NCBI GenBank assembly: GCA_977016875.1
Contig: CDRNST010000214.1
Span: 4,216,001-4,280,000 of the forward strand
DNA from: Pavona decussata
Taxonomy: Eukaryota
Reading direction: 5' to 3'
Length of the DNA stretch: 64,000 nucleotides
The number at the start of each line of letters is the position of its first letter. The first letter of the stretch is position 1. The position numbers were made by a program, and so were the translations under genes. A model generated the notes under the pieces. The model had not been told where the DNA came from. It was given only the letters and a program-made list of their open reading frames with translations, and searched no databases. Positions 1-13,300 of the stretch are shown in pieces.

Positions 1-291
1 CAATGCGTACGTAATATTTTGCTGCAAGACAAGTTGCCAAGAGCAGAGACTTACAGGCGCAACGGCTTAGCCGTGCAAGGTGGAGAAAAATTGCCTCGCG
101 TAAATGAACCTTTACGCTTGCACCATACCATTTTCATTGTTAAGAGCGCCTCTTAGTATTTTAAAGAATGTGAACCGAAAGGGAAGCAATTAAATTCAAG
201 TATTTGAACGGGTAGGAGAATACGAGACGAAATTTTTGGAAGAAAGATTATGTGTGCCACCGGAATGAAGATCAGGCACACTACAGTTCAT

Positions 292-532
292 GCCCCAGTT
301 GTTCAAAGAGCGGATAACTTTATCCACTGGATAAATCGCTATCCAGTGGAGCAAATGTACTCCAACCAATGCTTTTGGCAAGTTTTCCACACAATCCCAT
401 ACTTAAATTTGACAAATGCTTCTACTCTATTCACAAATTATAGGACTATCGAGAAAATCTTGCACACATTTTATCTGCCGGATAGCGAACTATCCAGTGG
501 ATAAGATTATCCGCCCTTTGAACAACTGGGCC
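292..532. mobile_element. MITE (PIF/Harbinger-like)
   Basis: TIRs GCCCCAGTTGTTCAAAGAGCGGATAA / TTATCCGCCCTTTGAACAACTGGGCC; internal TATCCAGTGGATA palindromes; no coding capacity. Confidence 0.7.
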
Positions 533-830
533 AGGTAAAGAAAAGGGAAACGATTTTTTTTTGTATTATATCATTGTGAGAGAGGTGGGGCGACCTGCAC
601 CGTTTGCAACGTCTTACAAAAGGAGGACAAAAGAACGAACAACAGAACAATACTTCCAAACCTAAAAAACAATGCAGTTGCAGGGTAGCAGGGTCGAGTG
701 AAAATAGAGATTTTGAGAGGTGCAGGTCTACTGAAAGAGGTACCATTTCTGAAGCCTCCACGTATGAAACGTCATTAAGCACTTCCCATCTCCCTGGGGC
801 GGAAAGAATTAGATATTCAAACTAACTTAC

Positions 831-3800
831 CGCAATGTTGTCTTCAGTGGTTGTAATGTTTGACTGGGACACTGTTTGAAGCACAGCGTTTGCCAGCTGT
901 GTGGCGGACTCTGTATCTCCTGTCTGTAGCAACTGTGTGATCTGACTGTTGTTACCGACGGTGAGCTGAGTAAGCTCTTCCACCGCTATAATTGGTTGGA
1001 CCTAACGGTGCAAGAAGATGCTGCACATTACAAGAGAACCACACTGGAAAGACGTACCGTTTTAGAGTTGACTGCTGAAAGGAATCGCATATATGCTTTC
1101 GATTTGTGTTAGCTGAGCTCTCAAATTTTCATTGAAGCTGCTCAAATGGCAAACACGACTTGGAATATGCGCTTTTTTTGTTCTTCGTCTGGCAAGGGTT
1201 GGCAACTTTCGCTTTGGTTCGTGATTGGCTCATTTCTCCTGGTGTTTGCTATACGGTGGCCCGAGATGTGTCATTGGTTTTTTGTTTTACAGTAATCATC
1301 ATAGAACCTTTGCCAAACAGCAGACGAGCCCAAAATGGTGTGCTGGTGAACTGATCAGGTTAATATATAGACCACCTGGAAAGAGGAGAAGGCGAAGGAA
1401 AGGAAGGAGGAGGAGGAGGAGGGGAAGAAGCAGAAGAAGAAGATTAGTACTTTGGAAAGGCCTTATACCCAGACCGGCTAAAAATAGCTAATTTGATATT
1501 GCACTATTTCTGGGTGTTTCGAAAACTTGTCGACACAAAAAAGAAAATACCCTATTTGTTAATGAAAGAGTAAAACTTCCAAATTAGAGAAAGAAAAGCT
1601 AATATGTCCATGAGATTCAAGGTTACAGACTCACTAAAAATACATAAAACCCACCTGCACTAACAAGTGATCTGACGTGGCTGCAGACAGGCTGTCAATC
1701 ACTTTGATTTCAACGTCAATTCCGTAGCCATCCGTCTCATTCTTTCCTGGTGGCATTACAGTAGTCGCGTAGTGTTCGGAGCCGTGCGCGACCACAGTGT
1801 AAAGACCGGGATTAGTTTTATAGGAAAACTGGTAGGTCAGCGGTATGTCAGGGTCCTGCGGTTGAATAAAATAAAGCAGAAAGAAAACAATATGTTTTGG
1901 CATCGCTTGCTATTTCCGGAAGAATTTGTTTGGCGGGAAAAATACTGCCAGTTGCAAGAACACACAAAACGGCAATTATCTGTCAAGTTGCAAATGGCGA
2001 AAGAATTAAAGATAAACAAAAACAGGCAAAATAGATAGAGATACACACCGACGCAGTTTGTAATTAACGTTTAGTAAACCATCCAGTATTGTTTATTAGT
2101 TTGATCCTCACTTACCTGCCAACCAGTGCAGTTAAACGCAAACTGAGTCGTCATTGCCTCTCCACTTCCGGGTGACACGGTGCACTGTCCGGAGTGGGGT
2201 GGAGCGTTCATTCTGAACTGATAAGCTGCGTTTCCCTCAGGTCCAATTTCCGGTGTCACAGTAGCTTTCAATCGATAAGTAAAGCCTCCAGGGAGTTGAT
2301 CCGCCTTGATGGTTATGCCCGGAAGATTGAGCTCAGTTTGTGTCATTTCACGTGTCAGACTTTCACTCACTTCATTGCCATCAGAGTCGACAGTGACAAG
2401 GTGCCATTGATAATTTGCGTTATCACACGCATGCCCAGTACAAGTAGTTGTCAGACGTATACGAATAGAGGGATTTGCGGGATCGTTACAGTTACTATCA
2501 CATCTGAAAATGAAGAAAAATAAGAGGTTAAGGTTAGAACGCGAAGTTAATAAAGAGACTAAGAATCGCGTTTACGGAAAACGACAAACGTGAGATCTAT
2601 TTGCGTTTATATTTTCTTGAAAAATTAAGTACATAGATGAGAATAGTATAAAATAATTCTGACCTTCGATTCTAAAATTCAAAACTAGTCAATTTTACTA
2701 AGAAACCGAAAAACATTGAGCGGCAAATGTAGGATAAACACAGTCACGTGGGCTTTTCTGCTGTTTACCGTTTGCCGTAAACGTGATTCAAAATCTCTCT
2801 TGATAGGTATTCTTGTGTGTTGGGGTCATATTTTAACAGTGTCAAGCGCCGTGAAGAGCCCCTATATTTCTGTCAGTTGGAGGCCTAGTTTAAGATGTCC
2901 ATTTTTGTGACATGTGACTGATGTACTTATACATGAGACGCCCCGGCACAGCATGATATACTTGTAAACTGGAGCTTTGTCGTGTTGGAGGCTTGTCAGT
3001 AGGTATGACCCATGCGACATTGTAATCTTTTGACAAGGGCGATATCTACATCTTCATGAGAATTAATCGTAGCATTGTTACCCTCCCCCGCCTCACTTGT
3101 CATTATTCAGTTACAAATTGAGGTGAAGGGTTATGACTTGCCCTGACGCAATAGAGCGAGAGGAAACCTTCCTTGAAATAATCGGGAACACTCGATTCAA
3201 TCTTTCAAACGGAACCTTGGACATTCAGTTAAAATTACATGAGGTGTTTGCTTCATTTCTCCTATCCATAACCGGCACAACGCCAACGAGGATATTAAAC
3301 TGCGAAGGATTGAATTTTTTTAAGGTATTTATATAGAGTTACCCATAATAATAAACGAAAACGAACCGTTTTCGAATCGGTTGTTAACCCTAAACACTGT
3401 AGATCTAGCTGGAGCTCTATTCACTCAGTTCTCTGCCTAACAAATGGGTTTTGCTCCGTGCACATCACGAACAGTACTACGACAATAAGGAATATATACG
3501 ATATTGTGTACAGCTCATAAAGTGTCCAAGGTCAGTTTGAGATATGGAAACAGGTTTTATTCAGAATAATCCTAAGGCGGCTTCCCCAATATTCTTACGT
3601 ACCTGATAGTAACTTCTGGCGGATCACCGTTGACTATTTCTATTTCTTGAGTAAAGTCGGCCTCTCGGTCATCCTTCGTCACAACAAGCTTGACGTCATA
3701 CAGTTCTCCTGCAGTCATTTTGCTTGTCTCTAACGTCAGCGTGATGTCACTAGAGTCCAATCTTCCGATCCCAGTCCCAAAGCACCCGCCGTTTCCTGGA

Positions 3801-4362
3801 CCTGAGGATTCGGTGACCACCGGAAGTGTCGCAAGCGAGACATTTGGAAAACTCTCCTGTTGATTCTTACATAACCACGTGAACTGCATTAAAGAGTAAT
3901 TACCAGGCTCCACGTCAGGGTCTCTTGATAACGCGCCATTTAAGCCGACGGCCGTGCCTATTCCTCGAGTGATCTTAGAACCCCCGGCTATCTCGGCTAC
4001 TAACGGGGATTTTGTGATATTGAAATATCCCTCGTCGGTGGTTAGGCCCTCGGGGTCACCAGCCATGGTCACTTTGACAACCACTCGATATACGCCATAC
4101 ACAAGGTGTCTCTTTTGTAAGTGCCACTCAAAGCCATTAGCGGTTGATTGCAATTCAGTTCCGATTCCCTCTTCCAAAGATCCCAAAGAGTCATCCCACT
4201 GAAGTTTAAACAAAAGCCATTGAAACTGTGGTGTTTTCGTGTTACAGTGTGGACTGCCTGTGTTGGCTTCTACTATGAAGTCTTTTGAACGCAGAATGGC
4301 AGCTGCAGATGGTACATCATCTGATAGATTGAGTATACTCACTTCTGGAGGAGTACAGCCGT
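831..4362 (-). CDS. Module 2 of the PKD1-like gene: second REJ module (first 4 exons in window)
   Basis: Exons 3603-4362 (760 nt), 2116-2503 (388), 1655-1855 (201) and 831-1001 (171) parallel module-1 exons 1-4 in size, phase and sequence. Examples: KSPLVAEIAGG vs KSPLVAGIVGG; TTCTGHACD in both. Confidence 0.88.
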
Positions 4363-7300
4363 CTAACAAATAAAAAAACAAACAAACAAACAAACAAACA
4401 GGTTGGAATCGCGGAGAAGCAGATTCACGCATACATTGTGGGAGATGATAAGCATTTCAACTGGCCATTTCCCAGTTGCTGTGAACCTCATTATGAAAGC
4501 GAGGCTAAGTACAAAGCTTTTCATATTCTCTACACATATCAAAATAAATTCAAGTAGACTGGTGATAATCAAACTTATTTGCCGATTTCAATGAAAAACT
4601 GCAATAATTTTTCACTTCTTTCAATCGATACTGCTTCATGATTACATCATTAGTACATGTTATACAATAGAGCACCGTGTGAGACATTCCACTTATAATT
4701 GGGCGGAGCATCACCGCAAGAGAGGCTGTTAGGTCCGTCAACTGTTGTTATTCCAGCAAATGCCTTCGCAACAAAAATCAGTATGAAAGTCTTTTCCCTA
4801 TTCTTTCTAGGGAGTTTATTGTTTTGCTCTATATAAATAAGTTCGGCTGACCTTCAGGATCACTGAGAAGAGTGATCGGAATCATCATATAACTTCCACC
4901 AAATGGAGATAGATGGTCGCAAAGACAATGAAGAGATGTTCGGTTAGATCCGGAACCCACCTAAAAAATAGAAAAAGTAGCCAGTGAACATTTCAAGCGA
5001 GCGTTGTACTTTTCAACTAAGTTTAGAATCCGTGCCATGGCGCCGTTCTGCATGCCAGACAGATTTAGAATCGCAAACGGCAAACGGCGGACGCCGTGAG
5101 ATTCGCGTTTATGTTTTCTTGAGTACATAAATAATAATAGAGAAAAATCATTCAAGCCTTTGATGCTAACGCAAAAGTGCCCAATTTTATTGAGAAACTG
5201 AAAACAGCGAGAGACAAATGTTTGATAAATGTGGTCGCGTAGTCATTTCTGCCGTTTTCCGTAAATGCAATTCTAAATCCGGCTCCCCAAAACCAGGGGG
5301 GGGGGGGGGGGGGGATTTAGGTAAAGAGTTTCACAAATGGCTGAATTAAAATAAGATGCTAGAAGATGGCAATTTTGAGTAAAGCGGATGGCGTGTTGGA
5401 ATTAGTGGTCTGATAGTTGAAGCGAAAAAAAGAGAAAGATAAAGCGAAATGTTTTGTTTAGGTAATGGAGCAATAGCAGTACATGTAGTCATTCTTTTGT
5501 GGCTGTTTTTCAGTTAATATGTTGCTGTGTTATATCGTCATTTTATCCAAATCCCTCATGCTAGTTTGTCAGTCGGAGTACCGCCCTCCCCTCCTTTGAC
5601 CCCGTGGTTTACCTAATCTGAGTAAGCGGCTCTACGAACGACTATGTTGAGGCACGTCAGTAATCTAGAATATCTGAAATCTAGAACTCAGTAACTTGTC
5701 TTCAGGCTCCACTAATACTTTGATCTACTGACAAAAGTCTAAACTACATGAAATCTTTTCAGCGCACCGGCTTTATAATTCATACATCCGCCTCTCATTG
5801 CCAGCACCAGGGAGCGAGGAGAGGCGGCCGTTTCTTGTTACCTAGTATACGTGTCGTTTATCCTATAGAGTGTGTTTACGACAGCCATGTTGGAGGAACG
5901 AACCAATAGAATGATTTTCCTTTGGGAAATAAATTTTATTTTTATACAAATATATTCTATTGTTTGGTTGCTCCAACATGGCCGCCGTGAACACACTTTA
6001 TTTTGTGTGTTCTGGGCCCGCTCTAGTTATGGCATCCCTACCTGTACCATTTAATCACCTTTTTTTTTCAGTTTTGTCCCTGGCGAAGTTAATCAAAAAA
6101 TAAAATGAATACAGCTACTTGTCCGAAAAATAACGCACCCGGCATCCATGAGAGGTCCAGATTTCATTTGTTCTGTTCCACGACTGACATTGTTCCTGTA
6201 ACATACTCATGGTGTAATTTACATCAGTTGCTGGGTCATAGCTTGGCATCGTGGATCTTTTTCTCCGTCTCCTGTCGTTCCCAGTATTTTCCTCATAAAG
6301 GATGCTGATGAAATAGGTTCCCGACCTGCTGATGTCATCTGAGAGGTTCAGCCGGTAAGCGCTATCGTCACAACCGTCTGTCGAATTGTAGGAAAGCTCA
6401 GTGCATGAGACATCTGGAATAGTCTTCTTTTCGTCGAATAGCTGCAAGGTTGGTCGATATTCATAGCGTACAAATACGTCAAAGGTAGAGTACTGAACTG
6501 GTTCAACCTGCCGACAAAAAAGCACACTGTAAACTAGTAATAATTAAAGATTAGGGCGTGCGTTCGATGATCTCGATCCCCGGATCTCTCTCATTTGCCA
6601 AGTTGGTGAAGATGCATATAATTTACTTTAATTTTTGTTGCATAGCCTTATCTAAATCTGCGTTATTATGCAAAGTTAAGTTTTTCCGTTTTTCAGCATG
6701 CTTGTAATTTATTGTAATTTTTTTTCCATTATGTTCTCGTGCTCGTCTTGTCCCGCCTCGACTAGCTTTGTGGCTATTTGTGGGACAAGCTCCTTATATC
6801 ATCTGAATTTGTAAATAAATTGTTCTTGTTGTTGTTGATGTCATTCGCCCCTGCAAAATCTGCGGGGGATGCCAGATACGCGTCCCAAGATCCATTCATT
6901 CGTTGTCGCATACAATCTCGACTCCTGAATCTGTATTAGGAGTGCTTTCTTTCTACGTCGGTAGCTACTCCACTCCGTTTTGATATGAAAGTTTGAAGAC
7001 GGGTATGGATTTTACAATAACTGTTATGAATGTTAGAGCCAAAAAATGGATCAGTCAATTTTCTGAAAAGGGGTACTGGAAAATTCTATATTTTGGTCTG
7101 AAATAGGGTCAGGGTTACAAATCGATCACTATCAATCGATCAGTTGAAAAAATTTCGCATTTTGGCTGAAAACGCTCTAAAATTTGGTTCATTTCGATTA
7201 ATAGCCGCAACGTTCATTCCGTTTATGGGTAAATGAGTGTATGTATGTTATGGATTTGAAGTGCGGAGTACGAACTGATTGGAATAATCATACTGACCCC

Positions 7301-10300
7301 AAGAATAACGCTAGCTCCTTTATGAAAGGTAACGTTTGCTTTATGGTGTTTCAGCTTCCCTTCACTACTCGGCTTGATAAAGCTTGATAGACAAGAACCT
7401 GATGTTATTTCACTTGATATCGTTCTTGGTATCGTGATGTCTATTTCCTCCTTGCTGTTTGTGATCGTCAGAGTTTCTCCTCTGTGATTTTTGAGGACCC
7501 AGCTCAGGACAGGGGAACTGATAGCGGTAGAGCTGTTGTCCCAAGTAAATGGATTGAAACCAGTTACAGTTAGCTGAAAATAAAGCAATGATGGTCATGA
7601 AGTACAGTTTAGTAAGCGCTGTTGTGTAAGGGGACGAGGGTTGTGCTCGAGGACAGGTCTTGGTATTGAAGAGCATTTTATTTGACATTCTCGTATTTTA
7701 GTTTATGTGCATTGAATTTCGCATCTGTGGTTTTGTAGCCGAGAGAGCGTATTTACTCTAGCCAATCACATGTACAACAGACACAAAACCTAATGAACCA
7801 ATCAGAGTTTGAAACAAATACATTTGTTATTTACCTAGACTGTCACTCAACAAAACGAGCACTGTGGTTGGTTGATTCTTGGTCAGGTGCCCCTGATCAA
7901 ATACAAATGTATCGCGACCGGGATACAATTCCGCAGTTGTTGCCCTCTCAGTTGTTTGTTTATATGTTTTGCTGTGATTGTTGAAGAAAAAGTCTAAATT
8001 CACTCGATTGCAAAAACGTTGATACCTAAAAAGCATAAACCGTGAACGATGAGACCCAATGGCTTTATGGGTATAAGTGTACTAAATTTATTTGCATAAT
8101 ATTCTATTCTCGTGCGACGGTTGATAACCAAAATTAGTTGCACGTGGTGAATGATGGAAACTGTCCAAGCTTTCCTTAAAGAGTCAAGTTGGCCAACAAG
8201 GGCCAATTTTTAAACACTACCCACAAATCCGTTGGGTCTCATCGTTCATGGTTTATGCTTTTTAGGTGTCAACGTTTTTGCAATCGAGTGTATATAACAA
8301 AGCACTTAATGTATGGTCCCTGGGGAAACTAGTTAGTTTTGTTTTCCCTCGAGTCCTGATGTTTCAGGAGTCTCGGGAAAACTAAACTAACTGTTTCCCT
8401 CGGGACCTTACCTTAACTGTATAGTAAAAGACGTCAAACGCGGGGAAAATAAGTTTCAAAGAAGATGCTTGACATCAGTATCTTGTGCAAACGTGGTTAG
8501 GGGTGTGGCTATGAGGGGATATTTGGAGGGAATCAGCTAGGGGCGCTTAATTACCATTGTTAGAACTGGCCGGCCAGACCAGGCAGTTCACAAAGGAAAT
8601 GCGCAAATTTGAAGTCCCGGTTATACGCTAATCCTTTCAAATTCTTCAAATAACGCGTACCATTTTCGTAATGTTCAATTTAAAATTTTGTGGAGCGTTG
8701 CCTTCGAAATGACATTTCCCATTACCCGACTAACCGTTGTGGCTGGCCAGTTCTGACAAATAGAAAGCGCCCTTAGCTCTGCTCTCCGCTGTCAGGTATT
8801 TAGTTGATTGACGTTTAGTTATATTCAATATAATAACTCAAATCTGAATTCAATTCAGGAAAATTGGGCATGATATAGATCAATTTGTGCATGACTAACG
8901 TGGTGCTGTGTTCGTCATACGAACATACGAGAATCGCATCAAATCCAATTTAGTTTAGTAGGGATAATTCGTGAAAAACAACACGGTGTTATTCAATCTC
9001 ACCAAAGCATCAATGAAGTTGGTATCGTTGGCCTTTGGGTCAGTAGCAATGGCTCCATACGGGACTTTAAAAACTGCATTGACTCCTTTGATGTCCGTGT
9101 TTATATCCAAAGAACTGGGACTGAGTCTGTTCAGCACCATGTCGAGGGCATTTGTTTTAAGCTCCTCGGGTTCCTGATCCACGACCATATATGTCAACAG
9201 AGATGCAGCAACGTCATCAATGAGCGTGGTGGTGGTATTACGGATTGTTTGTTTGTTCTGGAAACAAACGAAGTTACTTAGAAAAACTCCAGAAAAAAAA
9301 TGCTTACATACACATGACCGCTGCTTTTGAAGGGGTTTCGTTAATCGCGCAGGAGCATGGTGAAACATGGCTAACAAAAGTTAAATGTTTCTCTCGCCCG
9401 TTTTATTGTCATCAAGTTAAACTAAAGGCACTAAAGGCACCAAATGATCTTGCACCTGTTCAAGTGTCTCCTGCGTTCCGTGTGTTATTTTATGAGCTGC
9501 CGAGCGGAGCAAATTGCCCAGTGCAGATAAAATATTCTCAGCTCCCTGTTCCACTTTAAGGACAATTTCTGTTCCGTCAACTCCAGTTGCTTCGTTTTTC
9601 AGCAAAGTGGTTAGGCGAGTTAAGGTTTCAAGGGCAAGTCTCTAAAAAAAACAATAAAAAGACGTGGCTTACTACAATGTAATCATAATGAAAACCAGCT
9701 TGACGGAAGGTACAGCTGAACTATGGTTTCCTTAACGTTCAATTATAGGACGGTGCCTCCTTTGCTACCGCGCACACCCTCTGTGCATCTCGAGATATCC
9801 TTAAGAAGTCAGTGTTACTCGGACCAGTGGCTACTGATTACTAACGTACTTTTGTGTGGTTTATGACTATGCGGGGAAAGAAGATTTTAGCACGGGCTGT
9901 TGGAATCCAAAAAGAAAATTGGAGGTAACCACGTATTTTTCAGCGATAATTTTTAGATTCCAATAGCTTTTGCTAAGATCAACTTCTCCCGTATGGTAAA
10001 AAAGAAAACAACAACAACAAAAAACAAAACAAACAAACAACAAAAAACAACAGCAACAACATCAACAACAACAACAAAAACATGCTAAAGTGCTAGAAAA
10101 CTGGATCTGCCTCCTCGGTAGTCAAGCGAGCGTGAACACCAAAATTTGCAATAAATATAAAATAATCGTATTCGTGTGTAATGAATCAAACATGCTACTG
10201 AAAAACGAGGGGCAAATACTTTCACTGAGTTAGAAACAAGGAGTCCAGCCACTGTCGTTTTTAGAAAAACTGGTGTAGAATTCCGCATTTAGCAGATCCT

Positions 10301-13300
10301 TATTTTGTTTTAAAAAGGTAAAAAACCGCAGCGCCAGTGAATGCTCGTCACGTGTCACATGAATGCTGTGAAGCAGAGGGGAGATAACAAACCTTACGTT
10401 CTGAATACGGCCTACCTGTGTGTTGTTCGTCATTTCATTTGGTTCCACTGTTACTCGTGATATCACTGACGATACTTGAATCAAGGAATATAAATGAGTA
10501 ACTTCTGTGTTGGACATTTGCTCCATGATAAAATCTTTTATCTGAAAAAACAGGAATGTTGTGGGTGTATAGTTAACTGTATTTGAAATGTAACACAAAA
10601 GACCAGTCTTATGCGTGTTTGTTATATGCTAGCATTGCTTCTCCAGCCGACACTTCAGTTTAATTGATAATTACATTGGAAGATTTTTGTACAGTTGTTA
10701 GAACGGGCTGGTTAACGCGAAATTTGTAATGATTTGCAGCGCAATGTACGTTCAGGAAACTTTTGCGACTAGTTACTGCTGATGTGTCAGCCGTAACTAG
10801 AGTGTGAAAAATGTGGTTAATAGGGCTTCACTATAGGGCTTCATTATTGTAAGCCTTTTTACCGTTCAAAACGAAATAATTATTTTCATTAAAAGAAATA
10901 TCATTTGGCTATACCTACTTCTGGTCTGCAATAGCGGTGTGTTTTTCGTGATTTCAACTTGAAACATTCGGTCGTGTTCGATATTCACTTTTTAAAAGGC
11001 CCGTTTAAACGGTTTCAACATTTGCTTCAACGTGCGTTCAACACTTTGTCCAGAACCGAATGTCGGGGGCGTCTGAACAGGTCATTCAACATAGTTGAAT
11101 TGGTTTAAACTTTCATTCAACATGGATTCAACTCATGCTTCCTTTGCTCTCGGAAATATTGAATGGCATTCAAACCGTTTGAACACTCCGTTCAACATCT
11201 GTCCGCGTTTGCCCAACATCCGTTGAACTTTTGTTGCGCGAATGTTGGGCAAATTTTGAAACCATTTAAACGGGCCCTTTTCCGAGTGCTTTCGAGCAAC
11301 GCCTGTTAGTTATTACATACACTTTACTTACTTCGATCTTGGCCTCAGTGGTGATCGTAGCATCTGAATGCTGCAGCGCCTCTAGCAGGGAATTGGCCAA
11401 GTGATTAACCACCATCAGGTTTTTCTTAAAGTTCAATTCATGCTTTATTTTGGCGAAAGTCGACAAGATGTTTAAGTTGATGTTGTCAGGTTTAACCTAA
11501 AAAACGCAGAGATATAGAAGCTGGAAATAAATCAACACAGCCAGCTTTTCATATAATATACAGGAAGCACCTACACTAATCCACCGGTGCTGAAAAATAA
11601 TGGCGACTAGTACATTTAGCTATAATTCTTAACGTACAAAAACCCTAAAAACGCTCATAAATCACACAGAAAAGTTTTAAAAACTTCAAACCTAGCATAC
11701 ACAATGCCGCCAGTTGTTCGGACTGGAACAAATTTCGCCCAAAAAATATGGCTTTCTACGTGCATATTGGCTGTGTTGTGTTCGCAAGGTATTAGGGTAA
11801 AATGCACAGCCGCCATCTTTTTCATTACGGTGTATTGGAATATATTACAAAGAGAAACTTTATTTTCTTGCATGGTAGTGCAAATCAACTTAAGGAACTA
11901 TACAGTAGATTTCCGTAATCTTGACCTCTCAAAAAATTAAAATTCACTCGAATAAGCGAGAGCTGTAGACAGTCACTTGTGATTTAAGGTGAACGGTATC
12001 CAAGGGAAACGTGACTGTTTCTGGTGGAAAAAAGCGGAAAAGTAGACTTCCTGCCTCGTACCCAGAAATCCCTCTCATTATGCCAATCAGCTCGCAAAGG
12101 AAGTTTTGAATGCGAAGGACGAGATGGACTCCCAGAAATTTCGAACTGTTCTTTATCCCAAACAGATCGTTTTCGATGAATACTGGTGACGGTACCTGCT
12201 ATCTCTAACTCCCGCTCTCTTGAAGAAATTTGTTTGTCTTCACGGAGCGCGACTCTTGTTCGGGACCGACCGCCGGTATCCGAGATGCATGGTAGGACTC
12301 ACTTATAATTATTACAATTATTGTTATAATTACTGTATTATTATTATTATTGTAGCAAATCGCGCGCAGTAATGATACAAACACACTGCTACCAAGTAAT
12401 TATCACCTGCAATGTCAAGCTTGTTATTGCAGCACCAAAGTAGCTGTCAACCACTCTGAGTTCAACATCAAGCTTGTGGTTGTTGTCTTCTTTTCCTGGA
12501 GGTAACAGCGTATTGATCTCATCTTTCCCGTACCATATCAAAGTATCCATACCATCGCTAGCTTTGTAGTGAAATTCATAGGTCAACTCGGAATGTGTGT
12601 CCTGGAAAAAATATCGTTATTACATTGGCAATATGCATTGGCTATAAACACTGCAGTCGATTTCGTGGAATAAGTGAATACGAACGCGGTTTGTTAACGA
12701 GAATCAGACAGAACAGTCTTCAATTAAGTAGAAAGTAATGTAACGTTTGCTTAGGTTTTGCATCACTACGCACTGTGATTGGCTGTCAAAACTCGCGCCA
12801 CTTTCTCAACCATTGAGACTGAAGCAAAACTAAAACCAATGGTGAATGTTTGCTTTGGATTTCTCCAAGAATTATTACTGGTTTGGGAAACTATATCAAA
12901 CACTCGAAAGAGTTTTTCATCCGATTTCTAAACACATTGAAGTTGATTAAAAAAGTTCGGATGCTCCTCGTTTTTCCAACCCACTTCTTTTTTGTTTGGA
13001 AATTGGATGAAACACTCTTCCTCGCGTTTGATATAACACGTAAAGCATACAATTCATTTAAACCGAGTAGACGCGCTCTAACTTACTCGATAAAGTGCGA
13101 ACATTGTTTCTGCTTAAGTGGCTGGCTCAGGAGAAGTTTCCGAAGCAAAATTAGGGAGCTTTAGAAAGGACGACGGTGATGGCAGCGGAAACGTCACTAC
13201 TGAGATGAATTCGCGTTTTTTTAAACGTCGTCGTGATTTTCCCACTTCGCTTTAAATCTCAAATGTTTCATCTTGGGGACCGCACCCAAGTTTAGAAAGG

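Noticed and set aside
1225-1491. Arg-rich protamine-like ORF
   Set aside because: It arises from a purine-rich low-complexity (GAG/GAA) tract in an intron.
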